A DNA stretch of 64,000 bases. Origin: Parasphingopyxis sp. Lineage in GTDB: Bacteria > Pseudomonadota > Alphaproteobacteria > Sphingomonadales > Sphingomonadaceae. The position numbers and the translations under genes are program-made. The notes under the pieces are model-generated. The model did no database searches and was not told where the DNA came from. It saw nothing but the letters and a program-made list of their open reading frames with translations. Location of the stretch: positions 101,386 through 165,385 of the forward strand of contig NZ_JANQNS010000003.1 of the NCBI RefSeq assembly GCF_028279465.1. The letters run 5' to 3'. Below are positions 10,458 to 21,172 of this stretch, one piece after another (positions within the stretch are counted from its first letter, which is position 1; every line of letters begins with the position of its first letter).

Positions 10458-11207
10458 ATGACCGAACTGCGCTATCATGAGCGGGCCGACCGGCCGCGCC
10501 TTGCCTATCGTCATCGCGAGGGAATAGGGCCGACGCTCGTCTTCCTGCCCGGCTATATGTCCGACATGACGGGCTCCAAGGCGAGTGCGATCATGGCCTA
10601 TGCCGAAGCGGAGAACCGGGCCTGCCTGCTGCTCGACTATGCCGGATGCGGATCGAGCGACGGCGATTTCGAAGCGCAGAAACTCACCGACTGGCGCGAC
10701 GATGTGATGGATCTCGTAAATGCGCTGGTGCTCGGGCCGGTCGTGCTGATCGGCTCGTCAATGGGCGGCTGGCTGATGCTGCTCTGCGCGCTTGCGCATC
10801 CTGAACGGGTGTCGGCGCTGGTCGGAATCGCGGCGGCGCCCGATTTCACGGACTGGGGCTTCACGCAGGACGAGAAGCTAACGATCCTGCGCGACGGCCG
10901 GCTCGAACAGCCATCCGATTATGACGATTCCCCCTATGTCACCACGCGCACCTTTTTCGAAAGCGGCGAAGCGAGCCGGTTGCTCGGCACGGAAATCGCC
11001 ATCGATTGCCCGGTGCGGCTGATCCATGGCCAGCAGGATCGCGATGTCCCATGGGAATATTCGGTCCGGCTCGCCCGGCAGCTGCGTTCAGCCGACGTCC
11101 ATGTCACGCTCGTCAAGGATGCCGATCACCGGCTGTCGCGCATCGAAGATGTCGCACGGCTATTGGCCCAGATCGAATGGCTGCTCGAAAGCCTGAAAGC
11201 GTCCTGA
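10458..11207 (+). CDS. alpha/beta hydrolase
   Basis: GSSMGG nucleophile elbow; 249 aa. Confidence 0.75.
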   Translation: MTELRYHERADRPRLAYRHREGIGPTLVFLPGYMSDMTGSKASAIMAYAEAENRACLLLDYAGCGSSDGDFEAQKLTDWRDDVMDLVNALVLGPVVLIGSSMGGWLMLLCALAHPERVSALVGIAAAPDFTDWGFTQDEKLTILRDGRLEQPSDYDDSPYVTTRTFFESGEASRLLGTEIAIDCPVRLIHGQQDRDVPWEYSVRLARQLRSADVHVTLVKDADHRLSRIEDVARLLAQIEWLLESLKAS

Positions 11208-11208
11208 C

Positions 11209-12093
11209 TTGAGTTTCGCCCTGTTCCTTGCCGCGTTCCAGGCGGCGCCGCCACCCGTCGATCCGATCCTCATTCCGCCGCGCGAAGAGGCACAGCAGGG
11301 CGATCAGACGCTGGCCATGGCCTCGGCCCAGCGATTGCTCAATTGCATGCGGCTGGCTGAGAGCGATCCCGGCGCGGCGATTGCCGAGGGCGCGCGTTGG
11401 GCGCTGACCGATGGCGGCATCGAGGCCGAGCTTTGTCTCGGCGTCGGCCATGAATATAGCGGCGACTGGGATAGCGCCGAAACCGCCTATCTGCGGGCGC
11501 ACGGTCTCGCGGAGTCGGCGGACGACACGCGCGCTATCGGTATCCTCGCCAATGCCGCGCGCATGACGCTGCGCAAGGGCGATGCGGCGACGGCGCGCAC
11601 GCGTTTCGATACCGTGCTTGCCGATACCGAGCTGAGCGATGAAGTACGCGGCAATGTGCTGCTCGAACGGGCGCAGGCGCATGTGGAACTGGAGAACGGA
11701 ACCGCCGCGCAGACAGACCTGATCGCGGCACAGGCACTGCTCCCGAACGACAGTATCGTCTGGCTATTGTCCGCTACGTTGGCGCGGCGTCAGGGTGATT
11801 TCGATACCGCGGGCGATTTCATCGATCGCGCGCTCGAGCTCGATCAGACCGATCCGGCGATCCTGCTCGAGGCCGGCAATATCGCGATCGGACTCAACGC
11901 TTATGCTATTGCGCGCGAAGCCTGGGGTCAGGCGGTTGCGGCCGAGCCCGAAAGCCCGGCCGGCCAAACGGCCGCACGCAACATTGAACGGCTCGATGCA
12001 CTGCTGGCCGCAGCTCCAGGGGTGCCGGTGGAGCTTCCGGAGGCGGATGATGTGGAACCCGCCTCTTCGGCACCTGATGCTCCTCAGCCCTAA
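11209..12093 (+). CDS. tetratricopeptide repeat protein
   Basis: TPR-like helical repeats; TTG start is uncertain. Confidence 0.5.
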   Translation: MSFALFLAAFQAAPPPVDPILIPPREEAQQGDQTLAMASAQRLLNCMRLAESDPGAAIAEGARWALTDGGIEAELCLGVGHEYSGDWDSAETAYLRAHGLAESADDTRAIGILANAARMTLRKGDAATARTRFDTVLADTELSDEVRGNVLLERAQAHVELENGTAAQTDLIAAQALLPNDSIVWLLSATLARRQGDFDTAGDFIDRALELDQTDPAILLEAGNIAIGLNAYAIAREAWGQAVAAEPESPAGQTAARNIERLDALLAAAPGVPVELPEADDVEPASSAPDAPQP

Positions 12094-12836
12094 CCCAGAT
12101 AGAAATCGATCGTCGTGACGACGCGGACCAGCTTGTAGGGCGTGTCCGCGACGCCATAGCCGCCGGCATCACCGTCCCGCGCGGAGATCGAGAAATAGCC
12201 CTGCGTCGCGCTGCGAATGCTGCCGACATTGGTGCCGCTATCCTCGGCGAACTGGTTGGCCGATGCGCGCGCATCCTGCGTCGCTTCGGCGACCATTTCG
12301 GGCTTGATCTCATTCAATCGCGTGAAGGTGAAGCTCATGCCCGACCCCTCTTCGAGCACCACGCCGCGGCGCACGAGATCGAACTGACGGGCGACGGCGT
12401 TTTGCGCACGCTCGATATCGGTGGTGCGGAGCTGCAGCCGCTGCCGGATCGTATAAGTCTGCTGGCCCATATTGTTGGAGTATTGCGAGACGTTGACGCC
12501 CGATGGCTGCAGCGCCTCGGCCTCAAAGCCCAGTTCGCCGAAAAAAGCGCGGATCGCTTCGGTATCGCGATCGATATCGTTTTGCGCTTCGGCGAGGTTC
12601 GACGAGCGGGCCGAATAGGAAATGGTCCAGGTCGCGAGATCGGCGGTGACTTCGCGCTCGGCGAGGCCGCGGACCGTAACCGAGCGTTCGGCCATTTGCG
12701 CGCGCAGCAGTCCGTCGCCGAGCAGATAGCCGCCCGCGATAATGCTGAGGCCCAGCATGCCGCTTGCGATCAGGATGGTGCGCGTCGGGGGGTTACGCCA
12801 TGTCCAGTTCGGTGTGTCGTTTGTGTCTTCGGTCAT
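12090..12836 (-). CDS. SIMPL domain-containing protein (DUF541)
   Basis: N-terminal TM then a periplasmic SIMPL-like domain. Confidence 0.6.
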   Translation of the reverse strand: MTEDTNDTPNWTWRNPPTRTILIASGMLGLSIIAGGYLLGDGLLRAQMAERSVTVRGLAEREVTADLATWTISYSARSSNLAEAQNDIDRDTEAIRAFFGELGFEAEALQPSGVNVSQYSNNMGQQTYTIRQRLQLRTTDIERAQNAVARQFDLVRRGVVLEEGSGMSFTFTRLNEIKPEMVAEATQDARASANQFAEDSGTNVGSIRSATQGYFSISARDGDAGGYGVADTPYKLVRVVTTIDFYLG

Positions 12837-12989
12837 CGGTCTCACCCCTTATTGGGCGCATGCCGGCGCTTTTCCTCGTACCGGCCTGCGGCTATCGTGC
12901 GACCCGATATCGAAAACCGCTATGCAGCGTCAGAGATGAACCGTTGCTGACTTGCGACGAACCGTTGATCGAATAGAGGGCATATGCCG

Positions 12990-13421
12990 ATGAAATATCT
13001 CCACACGATGATCCGGGTATCGGATATCGACGCGACGCTCGCCTTTTTCGATCTGCTCGGATTGAAGGAGCTGAAGCGCTATGACGTCGAAGCCGGCCGG
13101 TTCACGCTGGTGTTCCTTGCCGCGCCCGGCGACGAGGATGCGCAAATCGAGCTGACCTACAATTGGCCGCCTGAAGATGGCGAACCGGAAGACTATGACG
13201 GCGGTCGCAATTTCGGCCATCTCGCCTATGCGGTCGACGATATCTACGACATTTGCCAGCGGCTGATGGACGGCGGCGTCACGATCAATCGCCCGCCGCG
13301 CGACGGGCGCATGGCCTTTGTCCGCACGCCCGATTCGATATCGATAGAGCTTTTGCAGAAGGGGTCGGCGAAAGCGCCGGCCGAGCCCTGGGCGTCGATG
13401 GAGAATGTCGGCGAGTGGTAA
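12990..13421 (+). CDS. gloA: lactoylglutathione lyase (glyoxalase I)
   Basis: [10 protein letters not shown]..., VOC fold; 143 aa. Confidence 0.85.
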   Translation: MKYLHTMIRVSDIDATLAFFDLLGLKELKRYDVEAGRFTLVFLAAPGDEDAQIELTYNWPPEDGEPEDYDGGRNFGHLAYAVDDIYDICQRLMDGGVTINRPPRDGRMAFVRTPDSISIELLQKGSAKAPAEPWASMENVGEW

Positions 13422-13427
13422 CGGGCC

Positions 13428-15134
13428 TCAGGCGGCGGCGCGCGATTTGCTGCCGATCTTCGGCGCCTTCCAGAGCGAGATGACGCGATCCCGGCCCTGT
13501 TCCTTGGCTTCGTACAGGCAGCTATCGGCGGCGCGATAGGCCTGGTTGAAGGTCTGGCCGGGCAGGATCGATACGAGGCCGATACTGACGGTCACGGGAT
13601 CGCTGAGTTCCGGAACGCTTTCGTGAACGCTTTCGCGGATCGCCGTGCACAACCGCTCGGCCGTGTCGCGCGGGTCCGCGCTATGGATCAGCGCGACAAA
13701 TTCCTCGCCGCCGATACGCCCGGCGGTCAGGCTGCTCCAGTTGCGCATGATCTGGGCCACGGCCTGCAGCACACGGTCTCCGACGTCATGGCCATATTCG
13801 TCATTGACCCGCTTGAAGTTATCGAGATCGAGCAGGGCGAAGCCGCGCGCGCCGAACGAGCCGGTCGCTTCGTTGAATTGCGTGATGATGGCGCGGCGAT
13901 TGCTGAGACCGGTGAGATAGTCGGTTTGCGCGAGCTTCTCGAACGCCGCCTCGCTTTCGCGCGCGCTGTCCCGCTGTCGCCGGATGATCATCAGCCGGTC
14001 CGCGATGCCGAGGGCCGTCACGACCATTTCGAAGGCAAGCGTGCCGTAGATGATGAAATCGAGCCAGGCCGGGCCTTCGTAGAAATCCATGCCGCGCAAG
14101 ACGCGCTCGCCCATCGAAAGGATGAGCGCGCAGCAGGCGACGAATACGAACCGCGCCGCCCGGCTGCCGCGGCCGAGAGCCTGGGCGATGCCGAGCGTGA
14201 AACAGACGAGCGCGGGGACAAAGCCGAGGAGAAAGATATCCTGGCCGATCGGTCGGATCGCCTCGCCGCCAAGTGTGATGATCAGCGTGATGGCCGGAAT
14301 GATGCCGGCCGACAGGACCAGCCCTTTGCGCAGCGCCGTCGAAAGCTTGTCGGGCTCGATAAAGCTGCGGAAGAACATGCAGGCCGAGGATATCGCGAGC
14401 GCGATGCTCCACAGGTTAAGCGACCAGCGCAGATCGAGCGGCATCGCGGGAAAGAGAAAGTGAATGAAGCCGCCTGAGCACATCGTGTAGCCGAGCGCGC
14501 CCGAAACCATGCCGATATGCCAGAGCGTGAACTTCTCGCGCAGGACGATGAAGAAAGCGAGATTGTAGACCACGGGCAGCAGGAGGACGCCGATGAAGAT
14601 CGCATAGAACAGGCTCGTATAATAATGCTGCGTCTCGGTTTCGGTGGCGCTCTCGATCGCGAGGTTGGAGATATTGGCGGACAGCTGCGGCCGGTCGAAC
14701 GATATCGCCATACGCGCGATCGCCTCGCCGCCGGTGTCGATCGGGAGGGCGAAGCGCATCCCGGCGCGCCAGTTCTCGGTTGCGACTTCGGGACCGTACC
14801 GGCGGCCCGACCAGTTGCCGTCCGCGTCCTGCAAGTAAAGGGCGAAGCTGTCGAAGCTGGACGGGTCGACGATCAGCATCTGATTTTCAGCGGGGTCGAC
14901 GATGTCCGCGACATCGACGAATGCCCAGATGCGTGGCCCCGCAATGGAGTCGTCGGCGATTCGGCACTCCGACTCCGCCCGAAGCGCGGCTTCGAGATCG
15001 ATGTCGGTGCCTGTCGCTACCGTACAGACACGCGGCCCGAGAGCCGTCGCCGACGCTGGTGCTGCGACAAGGACGAACGCCGCCAATGCTGCCGCAAGGG
15101 CGCAAAACCAGGTCAGAAGGCGCGGGGACACCAT
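13428..15134 (-). CDS. diguanylate cyclase with 7TMR-DISM sensor domains
   Basis: N-terminal periplasmic domain plus 7 TM; C-terminal GGDEF domain with GGEEF active site. Confidence 0.85.
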   Translation of the reverse strand: MVSPRLLTWFCALAAALAAFVLVAAPASATALGPRVCTVATGTDIDLEAALRAESECRIADDSIAGPRIWAFVDVADIVDPAENQMLIVDPSSFDSFALYLQDADGNWSGRRYGPEVATENWRAGMRFALPIDTGGEAIARMAISFDRPQLSANISNLAIESATETETQHYYTSLFYAIFIGVLLLPVVYNLAFFIVLREKFTLWHIGMVSGALGYTMCSGGFIHFLFPAMPLDLRWSLNLWSIALAISSACMFFRSFIEPDKLSTALRKGLVLSAGIIPAITLIITLGGEAIRPIGQDIFLLGFVPALVCFTLGIAQALGRGSRAARFVFVACCALILSMGERVLRGMDFYEGPAWLDFIIYGTLAFEMVVTALGIADRLMIIRRQRDSARESEAAFEKLAQTDYLTGLSNRRAIITQFNEATGSFGARGFALLDLDNFKRVNDEYGHDVGDRVLQAVAQIMRNWSSLTAGRIGGEEFVALIHSADPRDTAERLCTAIRESVHESVPELSDPVTVSIGLVSILPGQTFNQAYRAADSCLYEAKEQGRDRVISLWKAPKIGSKSRAAA

Positions 15135-15215
15135 GATAGACGGAGATGCTAGCGCTAGCGTCTTGAATTGCGGTTAATATTCGACTTGCACGCCAGAAAA
15201 CGGTACATCCCGGAA

Positions 15216-15938
15216 ATGCTCGAAATCGTCCGTATTCCCGTCCTTTCCGATAATTATGTCTGGCTCGTGCATGAGCCGGACTGCGGCGAGACGATGGTCG
15301 TCGACCCGGCCGTCGCCGATCCCGTGCTCGCCGAAGCCGAAAAACGCGGCTGGCGCATCACGCAGATATGGAACACGCATTGGCATCCCGATCACACGGG
15401 TGGCAATGCCGATATCAAGGCGGCGAGTGGCTGCACGATTACCGGCCCGGAGGCCGAGCAGGCGCGCATCCCGACGCTCGACCGGCTGGTGAAGGAGGGC
15501 GATACGGCGCGGCTCGGGGACGTCGAAGCCGAGGTGATAGATGTGCCCGCACATACGGCGGGGCATATCGCCTATCATTTTCCGACAGAGAAAGCGGCTT
15601 TTGTCGGCGATACGTTGTTCGCCATGGGCTGCGGGCGGCTGTTCGAGGGTACGCCGGAGCAGATGTACGCCAATATGCGCAAGCTCGAAGCGCTGCCCGA
15701 CGACACGCGCGTTTATTGCGCGCATGAATATACCGAGGCCAATGGCCGTTATGCGGTGACGGCGGAACCTGACAATGCAGCGCTCGCGGAGCGGATGGAT
15801 CAGGTGGTTGCGATGCGCGCAAAAGGCGAGGCGACCGTGCCGACCACGATCGGCGAGGAACGGGCGACCAATCCGTTCATGCGCGCCGCTTCGGCCGAAG
15901 AACTGGCCGAGCGCCGTGCCGCGAAAGATGCGTTTTAG
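15216..15938 (+). CDS. gloB: hydroxyacylglutathione hydrolase (glyoxalase II)
   Basis: Metallo-beta-lactamase motif HWHPDHTGG. Confidence 0.85.
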   Translation: MLEIVRIPVLSDNYVWLVHEPDCGETMVVDPAVADPVLAEAEKRGWRITQIWNTHWHPDHTGGNADIKAASGCTITGPEAEQARIPTLDRLVKEGDTARLGDVEAEVIDVPAHTAGHIAYHFPTEKAAFVGDTLFAMGCGRLFEGTPEQMYANMRKLEALPDDTRVYCAHEYTEANGRYAVTAEPDNAALAERMDQVVAMRAKGEATVPTTIGEERATNPFMRAASAEELAERRAAKDAF

Positions 15939-15991
15939 GCGCTTTTGTGATATTGCTGAAATTTCGGGGGCGAAAAGCGAAAGGAACTGTG

Positions 15992-16411
15992 ATGGTTCGA
16001 CTGATACCGATGGCGTTTGCCATTCCCCTGCTGGCCGGATGCACGGCCAATGCGATGGAAACCCATGAAGCCGGCGCTGAGTCCCTCTCCGAGCGCGACC
16101 AGCGCCGGATGGCGGCCCTGCTGGACGGAAAGACGCCCGGCGATCCTCAACCCTGCATCAACACGCGCCCCAATACCCAATCGTCGATCATCGGCAATCA
16201 GATGATCCTCTATCGGGTCGGCAGCACCGTATACCGGAACGACCTCAATGGGATTTGCCCGACTTTACGTTCGACGAGCACGATCGTCAGCCAGCGTTAC
16301 GGCTCGAGCCAGCTTTGCAGCGGCGAGCTCGTTCAGGTGCGCGATCCGTTGAGCGGAGCTGGATTTGGCAGTTGTGCGTTGGGCGAGTTTGTGCCGTATC
16401 GGGAAGAATAA
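15992..16411 (+). CDS. hypothetical lipoprotein
   Basis: Lipobox LLAGC; no recognisable domain. Confidence 0.5.
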   Translation: MVRLIPMAFAIPLLAGCTANAMETHEAGAESLSERDQRRMAALLDGKTPGDPQPCINTRPNTQSSIIGNQMILYRVGSTVYRNDLNGICPTLRSTSTIVSQRYGSSQLCSGELVQVRDPLSGAGFGSCALGEFVPYREE

Positions 16412-16465
16412 GTAAGCTCGCCGGCTGCCGGTCGTTCGGCAGCGTTCTTATTGGTCGTGATACGC

Positions 16466-18256
16466 CTAATGGCGATAAAGCGCGTTGAGCCGTTCGCCAT
16501 AGATTTCGCGCAGCACATGTCGGCGGATTTTCATTGACGGCGTCATCTGGTCATTCTCGACCGTAAATGCTTCGTCGGCGAGGATCGTCCGGCGGACTTT
16601 CTCGACCGCCGCCAGGCCCTTGTTGACCCTGTCAACGGCAGCGGACACGGCGCGATGGAAATCGGGATTGTCGCGCAGCGCAACCTCGTCATTCGGCACG
16701 CCATTTGCCTGCGCCCATTCGCGCACCCATTCGGGATCGGGCACGATCAGGCCGACCAGATGCGGCCGCTGATCGCCGACGACCATGGCCTGCGAGATTT
16801 CCGGTTCGAGCGTTAGCATGCCCTCGACCCGCTGTGGCGCGACATTGTCGCCCTTGTCGTTGACGATCAGATCCTTTTTGCGGTCGGTGATCGCGATCCG
16901 TCCAGCTTCGTCGATATGGCCGATATCGCCCGTATGCAGCCAGCCATCTTTAAGAACGCGCGCCGTTTCCTCCTCGTTGCGCCAGTAACCGTGCATGACG
17001 AGTTCGCCCTTGACGAGGATCTCGCCATCCTCGGCGATCTTCACTTCCGTCTTGGGAAGCGGCGGGCCGACCGTATCCATCTTGAGGCCCGTTTTCGGCC
17101 GGTTGCAGGAGATGACGGGCGCCGCTTCGGTCTGGCCATACCCCTGTAGCAGCGTCAGGCCGAGCGAGTGGAAGAAGATGCCGATTTCCGGATTGAGCGG
17201 CGCGCCGCCCGATACCAGCGCCTTGAGCCGTCCGCCGAAGCGTTTGCGGATTTTGGGGCGCAGGATGACGTCGAGCAGAACGTCCATCGGCTTGTCCCTG
17301 AGCGGCACCGAACCCGCATAATCCTTCTCGCCAATATCGAGCGCTTTTTGCAGCATATAGTTGGGAAACTTGCCCTGTTTCTCGATCGTCTTGAGCAAGC
17401 GCTGGCGCAGCACTTCGAACAGGCGCGGCACCACGACCATGATCGTCGGCTTGGTCTCGAGAATATCGGCGGCGAGCTTGTCGAGCCCACGCGAATAATA
17501 GATCTGCCCGCCAAGGCCGATCGGGAAGAACTGCCCGGCGCTATGCTCATAGGCGTGGCTCAAGGGCAGGAAGGAGAGGAACACCTCGTCTTTCCAGCCG
17601 AAATCCTCGGAAATGACGGCGGCGCAGCCCTCGCAATTGTGCAGGATCGCGCCATGATGCTGCATCACACCGCGCGGCGCGCCGCCCGTGCCGCTCGTAT
17701 AGATGATGCAGGCGGTGTCTTCGCGCGCGAAATCGCACGCTTCGGCGCGCGCCTCGATATCCGGCGTTTCCGCGCCGAGCAGCGAGGACCAGTCGTGAAA
17801 CTGCACGTCGCCACCTTGCGCCATGCGCATCGGTTCGATGCCGATGATCGATTTGCAGTGGGTCGCGTTGAGCGCCGCGCTGGTGACAGTTTTCGCGAGC
17901 TTCTGCGTCGAGACGATCACGGCCTTTGCGCGACTGTCTTCCAGGATATGCGTATGATCGCGTTCGGTATTGGTCGTATAGGTGGGGACGGCGATGCAGC
18001 CCGCGGCCATGATGCCGAGATCGGCGATGCAAAATTCCGGCCGGTTCTCAGAGACTAGCACGACGCGGTCGCCGCGCTGCAGGCCAAGCCGCTGCAGCGC
18101 ATCGGCGAGCGCGCAAGCCTGTTCGGCGACCTCGCGCCAGCTCATCGATTCCCAGCCATTTTCGCCATGCCGCCAGAGGAAGGGTTGGTCGCCCTTCTCG
18201 CGCACGCGCGTGAAAAACATCGTCAGAAGATTGGGGAAGATTTCGAGTTGGCGCAT
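16466..18256 (-). CDS. long-chain fatty acid--CoA ligase (AMP-dependent synthetase)
   Basis: AMP-binding signature IIYTSGTGGAPRGVM. Confidence 0.85.
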   Translation of the reverse strand: MRQLEIFPNLLTMFFTRVREKGDQPFLWRHGENGWESMSWREVAEQACALADALQRLGLQRGDRVVLVSENRPEFCIADLGIMAAGCIAVPTYTTNTERDHTHILEDSRAKAVIVSTQKLAKTVTSAALNATHCKSIIGIEPMRMAQGGDVQFHDWSSLLGAETPDIEARAEACDFAREDTACIIYTSGTGGAPRGVMQHHGAILHNCEGCAAVISEDFGWKDEVFLSFLPLSHAYEHSAGQFFPIGLGGQIYYSRGLDKLAADILETKPTIMVVVPRLFEVLRQRLLKTIEKQGKFPNYMLQKALDIGEKDYAGSVPLRDKPMDVLLDVILRPKIRKRFGGRLKALVSGGAPLNPEIGIFFHSLGLTLLQGYGQTEAAPVISCNRPKTGLKMDTVGPPLPKTEVKIAEDGEILVKGELVMHGYWRNEEETARVLKDGWLHTGDIGHIDEAGRIAITDRKKDLIVNDKGDNVAPQRVEGMLTLEPEISQAMVVGDQRPHLVGLIVPDPEWVREWAQANGVPNDEVALRDNPDFHRAVSAAVDRVNKGLAAVEKVRRTILADEAFTVENDQMTPSMKIRRHVLREIYGERLNALYRH

Positions 18257-18281
18257 GGTTTAGCGGTTCCTGGGGATGGGT

Positions 18282-20003
18282 TTATTCGGTGAGCGCGATG
18301 CCCGGGCTGCGCGGATCGGCCGCACCGAGCCAGCCATCGCCGGTCCATTGGATGGCATTGACCTTGGACGTGAGGTTTGAGGCGACGACCAGGCCGCTGC
18401 GCTGGGAGAGTTCGGTTTGCATCTCGGCAAGATAGCTATCCTGCTCGATCCGCAAACTGTCGCCGCCAAAATAGATATTGGGGAGCGCGATGGCTTCGTC
18501 GACGGGCAGGCCCCAATCGAGAACGCCGATCAGGGTCTTGGTGACGTGCATGATGATGCGCCGCCCGCCGGCGGAGCCGAGCGCGAGCACGAGATTACCG
18601 TCTGCGTCATAGACGAGCGTTGGCGACATGGAAGAAAGCGGCCGCTTGCCCGGGGCTACGGCATTGGCGACGGGCGCGCCGTCGCGTTCGGGCGTGAAAT
18701 CGAAATCGGTGAGCTCGTTGTTGAGGAAATAGCCATTGGCGACGAGCTGGCTGCCGAACGGCCCTTCGATCGTGGATGTCATGGTCACGACATTACCGCT
18801 GCTGTCGGCGGCGACGAAATGGGTGGTGCCGGCAATTTCGCCGTCGAGCCCGGCCGTGCGCGCCTCGCTGCCGGGCGGCGTGCCGGCTTCGTAAGTGCCG
18901 ATCGCTGAATCGCTGGAAATCAGCGCCGAGCGCTCTGCGATATAGCTGTCTGCAAGCAGGCCTTCGACCGGCACGGACACGAAATCCATATCGCCGAGAT
19001 ACATGGCGCGATCGGCATAGGCGAGGCGCATCGCTTCGCCGATCAGATGCCAGGCTTCGGGGCTCTGAGCGCCGAGCGCGCCCATGTCGAACCGTTCGAG
19101 CATGCCAAGGATCTGCAGCACGGTCGTCGCCCCCGAAGAGGGCGGGCCCATGCCGCAGATGCGGTAAACGCGATATTCCCGGCAGACCGGGGCGCGTTCG
19201 ATCGCGCGGTAGTTGGTGAAGTCTTCTGTCGGAATGACCGTCGGGTTATGAACGCTGTTCCCTGCCGCCGCCTGGATCGCCGCAACATTCTCGCCGCTGT
19301 AGAACGCGTCCGCGCCTTCGTCTGCGAGACGGCGGAGCAGGGCGGCGAGCGCCGGGTTGCGCACGATATCGCCCTCTTCCTTGGGCGCGCCGTCTTCCCA
19401 ATAGATGGCGCGGGTATCGGGAAAGTCGTTCCAGATTTCCGAGAAGAAGCCGAGGAAGCGCGCCATGCGGGCGTTGACCGTATAGCCTTCTTCCGCGTGC
19501 CGGATCGCGGGCGCGAAGATTTGCGCCCAGTCGAGCCGGCCCCAGCGCCGATGCGCTTCGGCCATCAGCCGCATATTGCCCGGAATGCCGATCGAGCGCC
19601 CGCCCGGCACCGCCTGACGGAATCCCATCTCTTCGCCATCCTCGGTCAGGAAAAGCGCGGCAGTCGCGGTCGAAGGCGCCGTTTCGCGTCCATCGATCGT
19701 CGTCGCAGTGCCGCTTTCCGCATCATGGCGCACGAAAAAGCCGCCGCCGCCGATGCCCGAGCTTTGTGGCTCGACGACGGTAAGCACCAGCATCATCGCC
19801 ATGGCCGCATCCGTTGCCGATCCCCCGGCCCGCAAAATCTCCTGTCCGGCTTCGGCCGCGCGCGGATCGGCCGCCGACACGACGCCCGGAATGCGCTGCG
19901 ATTCTGCATTGTGCGAAACACTTGCCGGGGCGGTATCGGGTTGCGCGCATGCACTGACTGGCAACATGAGCAGTGCGAAGGCAAGAACAATGGAACGTTT
20001 CAT
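18282..20003 (-). CDS. ggt: gamma-glutamyltransferase
   Basis: Signal peptide; GGT family motifs (SSGIGGGGF, TTHF). Confidence 0.88.
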   Translation of the reverse strand: MKRSIVLAFALLMLPVSACAQPDTAPASVSHNAESQRIPGVVSAADPRAAEAGQEILRAGGSATDAAMAMMLVLTVVEPQSSGIGGGGFFVRHDAESGTATTIDGRETAPSTATAALFLTEDGEEMGFRQAVPGGRSIGIPGNMRLMAEAHRRWGRLDWAQIFAPAIRHAEEGYTVNARMARFLGFFSEIWNDFPDTRAIYWEDGAPKEEGDIVRNPALAALLRRLADEGADAFYSGENVAAIQAAAGNSVHNPTVIPTEDFTNYRAIERAPVCREYRVYRICGMGPPSSGATTVLQILGMLERFDMGALGAQSPEAWHLIGEAMRLAYADRAMYLGDMDFVSVPVEGLLADSYIAERSALISSDSAIGTYEAGTPPGSEARTAGLDGEIAGTTHFVAADSSGNVVTMTSTIEGPFGSQLVANGYFLNNELTDFDFTPERDGAPVANAVAPGKRPLSSMSPTLVYDADGNLVLALGSAGGRRIIMHVTKTLIGVLDWGLPVDEAIALPNIYFGGDSLRIEQDSYLAEMQTELSQRSGLVVASNLTSKVNAIQWTGDGWLGAADPRSPGIALTE

Positions 20004-20036
20004 GCGCCGCTTTCTAACCTTGGAATCCGGGACCGC

Positions 20037-21083
20037 CTAGTCCGTTCGTCTTTCACTGCCGATGGCTTCGGCGATCGATGCAAAGCCATCGCACTTTCGC
20101 AGCCTTTCGAGGCCGCGCACGATATCGCGGCCGAGGCTAGGTCCCTGATAGGCTAATGCGGTGTAGAGCTGCACAAGCGAGGCCCCGGCCCGAATGCGCG
20201 CCCAGGCTTCTTTCGCGCTATCGATTCCGCCGACGGCGATAATCGGCATCTCGCCGCCCGTCGCGTCTCGGAAATCGCCGAGTCTTTGTCGCGCGAGCCG
20301 GGCGAGCGGGCGGCCGGACAGCCCGCCGGTTTCCGCGGCATGGCGGGATGTAAGTTCGGGCCGGGTGATCGTCGTGTTGCCGACGATTAGCGCATCGATG
20401 CTTCGGTCCATTGCGATCCGGGAGATTGCGTCGATATCGGCCGGCTCGAGGTCGGGCGCGACTTTGAGAAAGATGGGCGGGCCGTCCGGAGCGCGCGCGG
20501 CAATCGCCCGTTCGAGCAGCGCGTCGAGCGCGCCTTCGTCCTGCAATGCGCGCAATCCCGGCGTATTGGGCGAGGAGATGTTGATCGTCAGATAATCGGC
20601 CAGCGGCGCCATAACCCTTACGCCGGTCTCGTAATCGGCGATCCGGTCTTCGCTATCCTTGTTCGCGCCGATATTGATGCCGACGATTCCGCGGGTCCGG
20701 TCCCGCTTCGCCAGCCGTTTGGCCGCCACCGCCTGGCCGTTATTGTTGAAGCCTAGCCGATTGATGACGCCATGTTCGATGACGAGCCGGAACATGCGCG
20801 GTTTCGGATTTCCGGACTGAGGCAAAGGCGTCAGCGTACCGACTTCGGCGAAACCGAAACCCAGCGCCAATATCTTGTCAGCCACTTCGGCATTCTTGTC
20901 GAAGCCTGCGGCGAGCCCGACGGGATTGGGGAAATCGAGACCGGCGACGCGGATCGCGAGCGCCCGGGGCGATGCTGGCGGCGGGCCCAATGGCGCAGCT
21001 TTCAGGCCGGCAATCGTCAGGCTGTGCGCTCGCTCCGCATCGAGCAGGAACACCATCGGCCGGATAATGGGGTAGATCGCCAT
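20037..21083 (-). CDS. pyrD: dihydroorotate dehydrogenase (quinone), class 2
   Basis: Conserved class 2 DHOD sequence; start set at MAIYPIIRP. Confidence 0.88.
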   Translation of the reverse strand: MAIYPIIRPMVFLLDAERAHSLTIAGLKAAPLGPPPASPRALAIRVAGLDFPNPVGLAAGFDKNAEVADKILALGFGFAEVGTLTPLPQSGNPKPRMFRLVIEHGVINRLGFNNNGQAVAAKRLAKRDRTRGIVGINIGANKDSEDRIADYETGVRVMAPLADYLTINISSPNTPGLRALQDEGALDALLERAIAARAPDGPPIFLKVAPDLEPADIDAISRIAMDRSIDALIVGNTTITRPELTSRHAAETGGLSGRPLARLARQRLGDFRDATGGEMPIIAVGGIDSAKEAWARIRAGASLVQLYTALAYQGPSLGRDIVRGLERLRKCDGFASIAEAIGSERRTD

Positions 21084-21172
21084 GCGCGGCGCTATGGCAG
21101 CGCCGGACCGGCTGGTCAAAAGCGCGAACATCGTCCAGATATGGCACCAAACAGCCAAAACGGAGTTCGCTC

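Noticed and set aside
17168-18058. 296-aa ORF antisense to the acyl-CoA synthetase gene
   Set aside because: The opposite strand carries a conserved AMP-binding enzyme. No domain signal.
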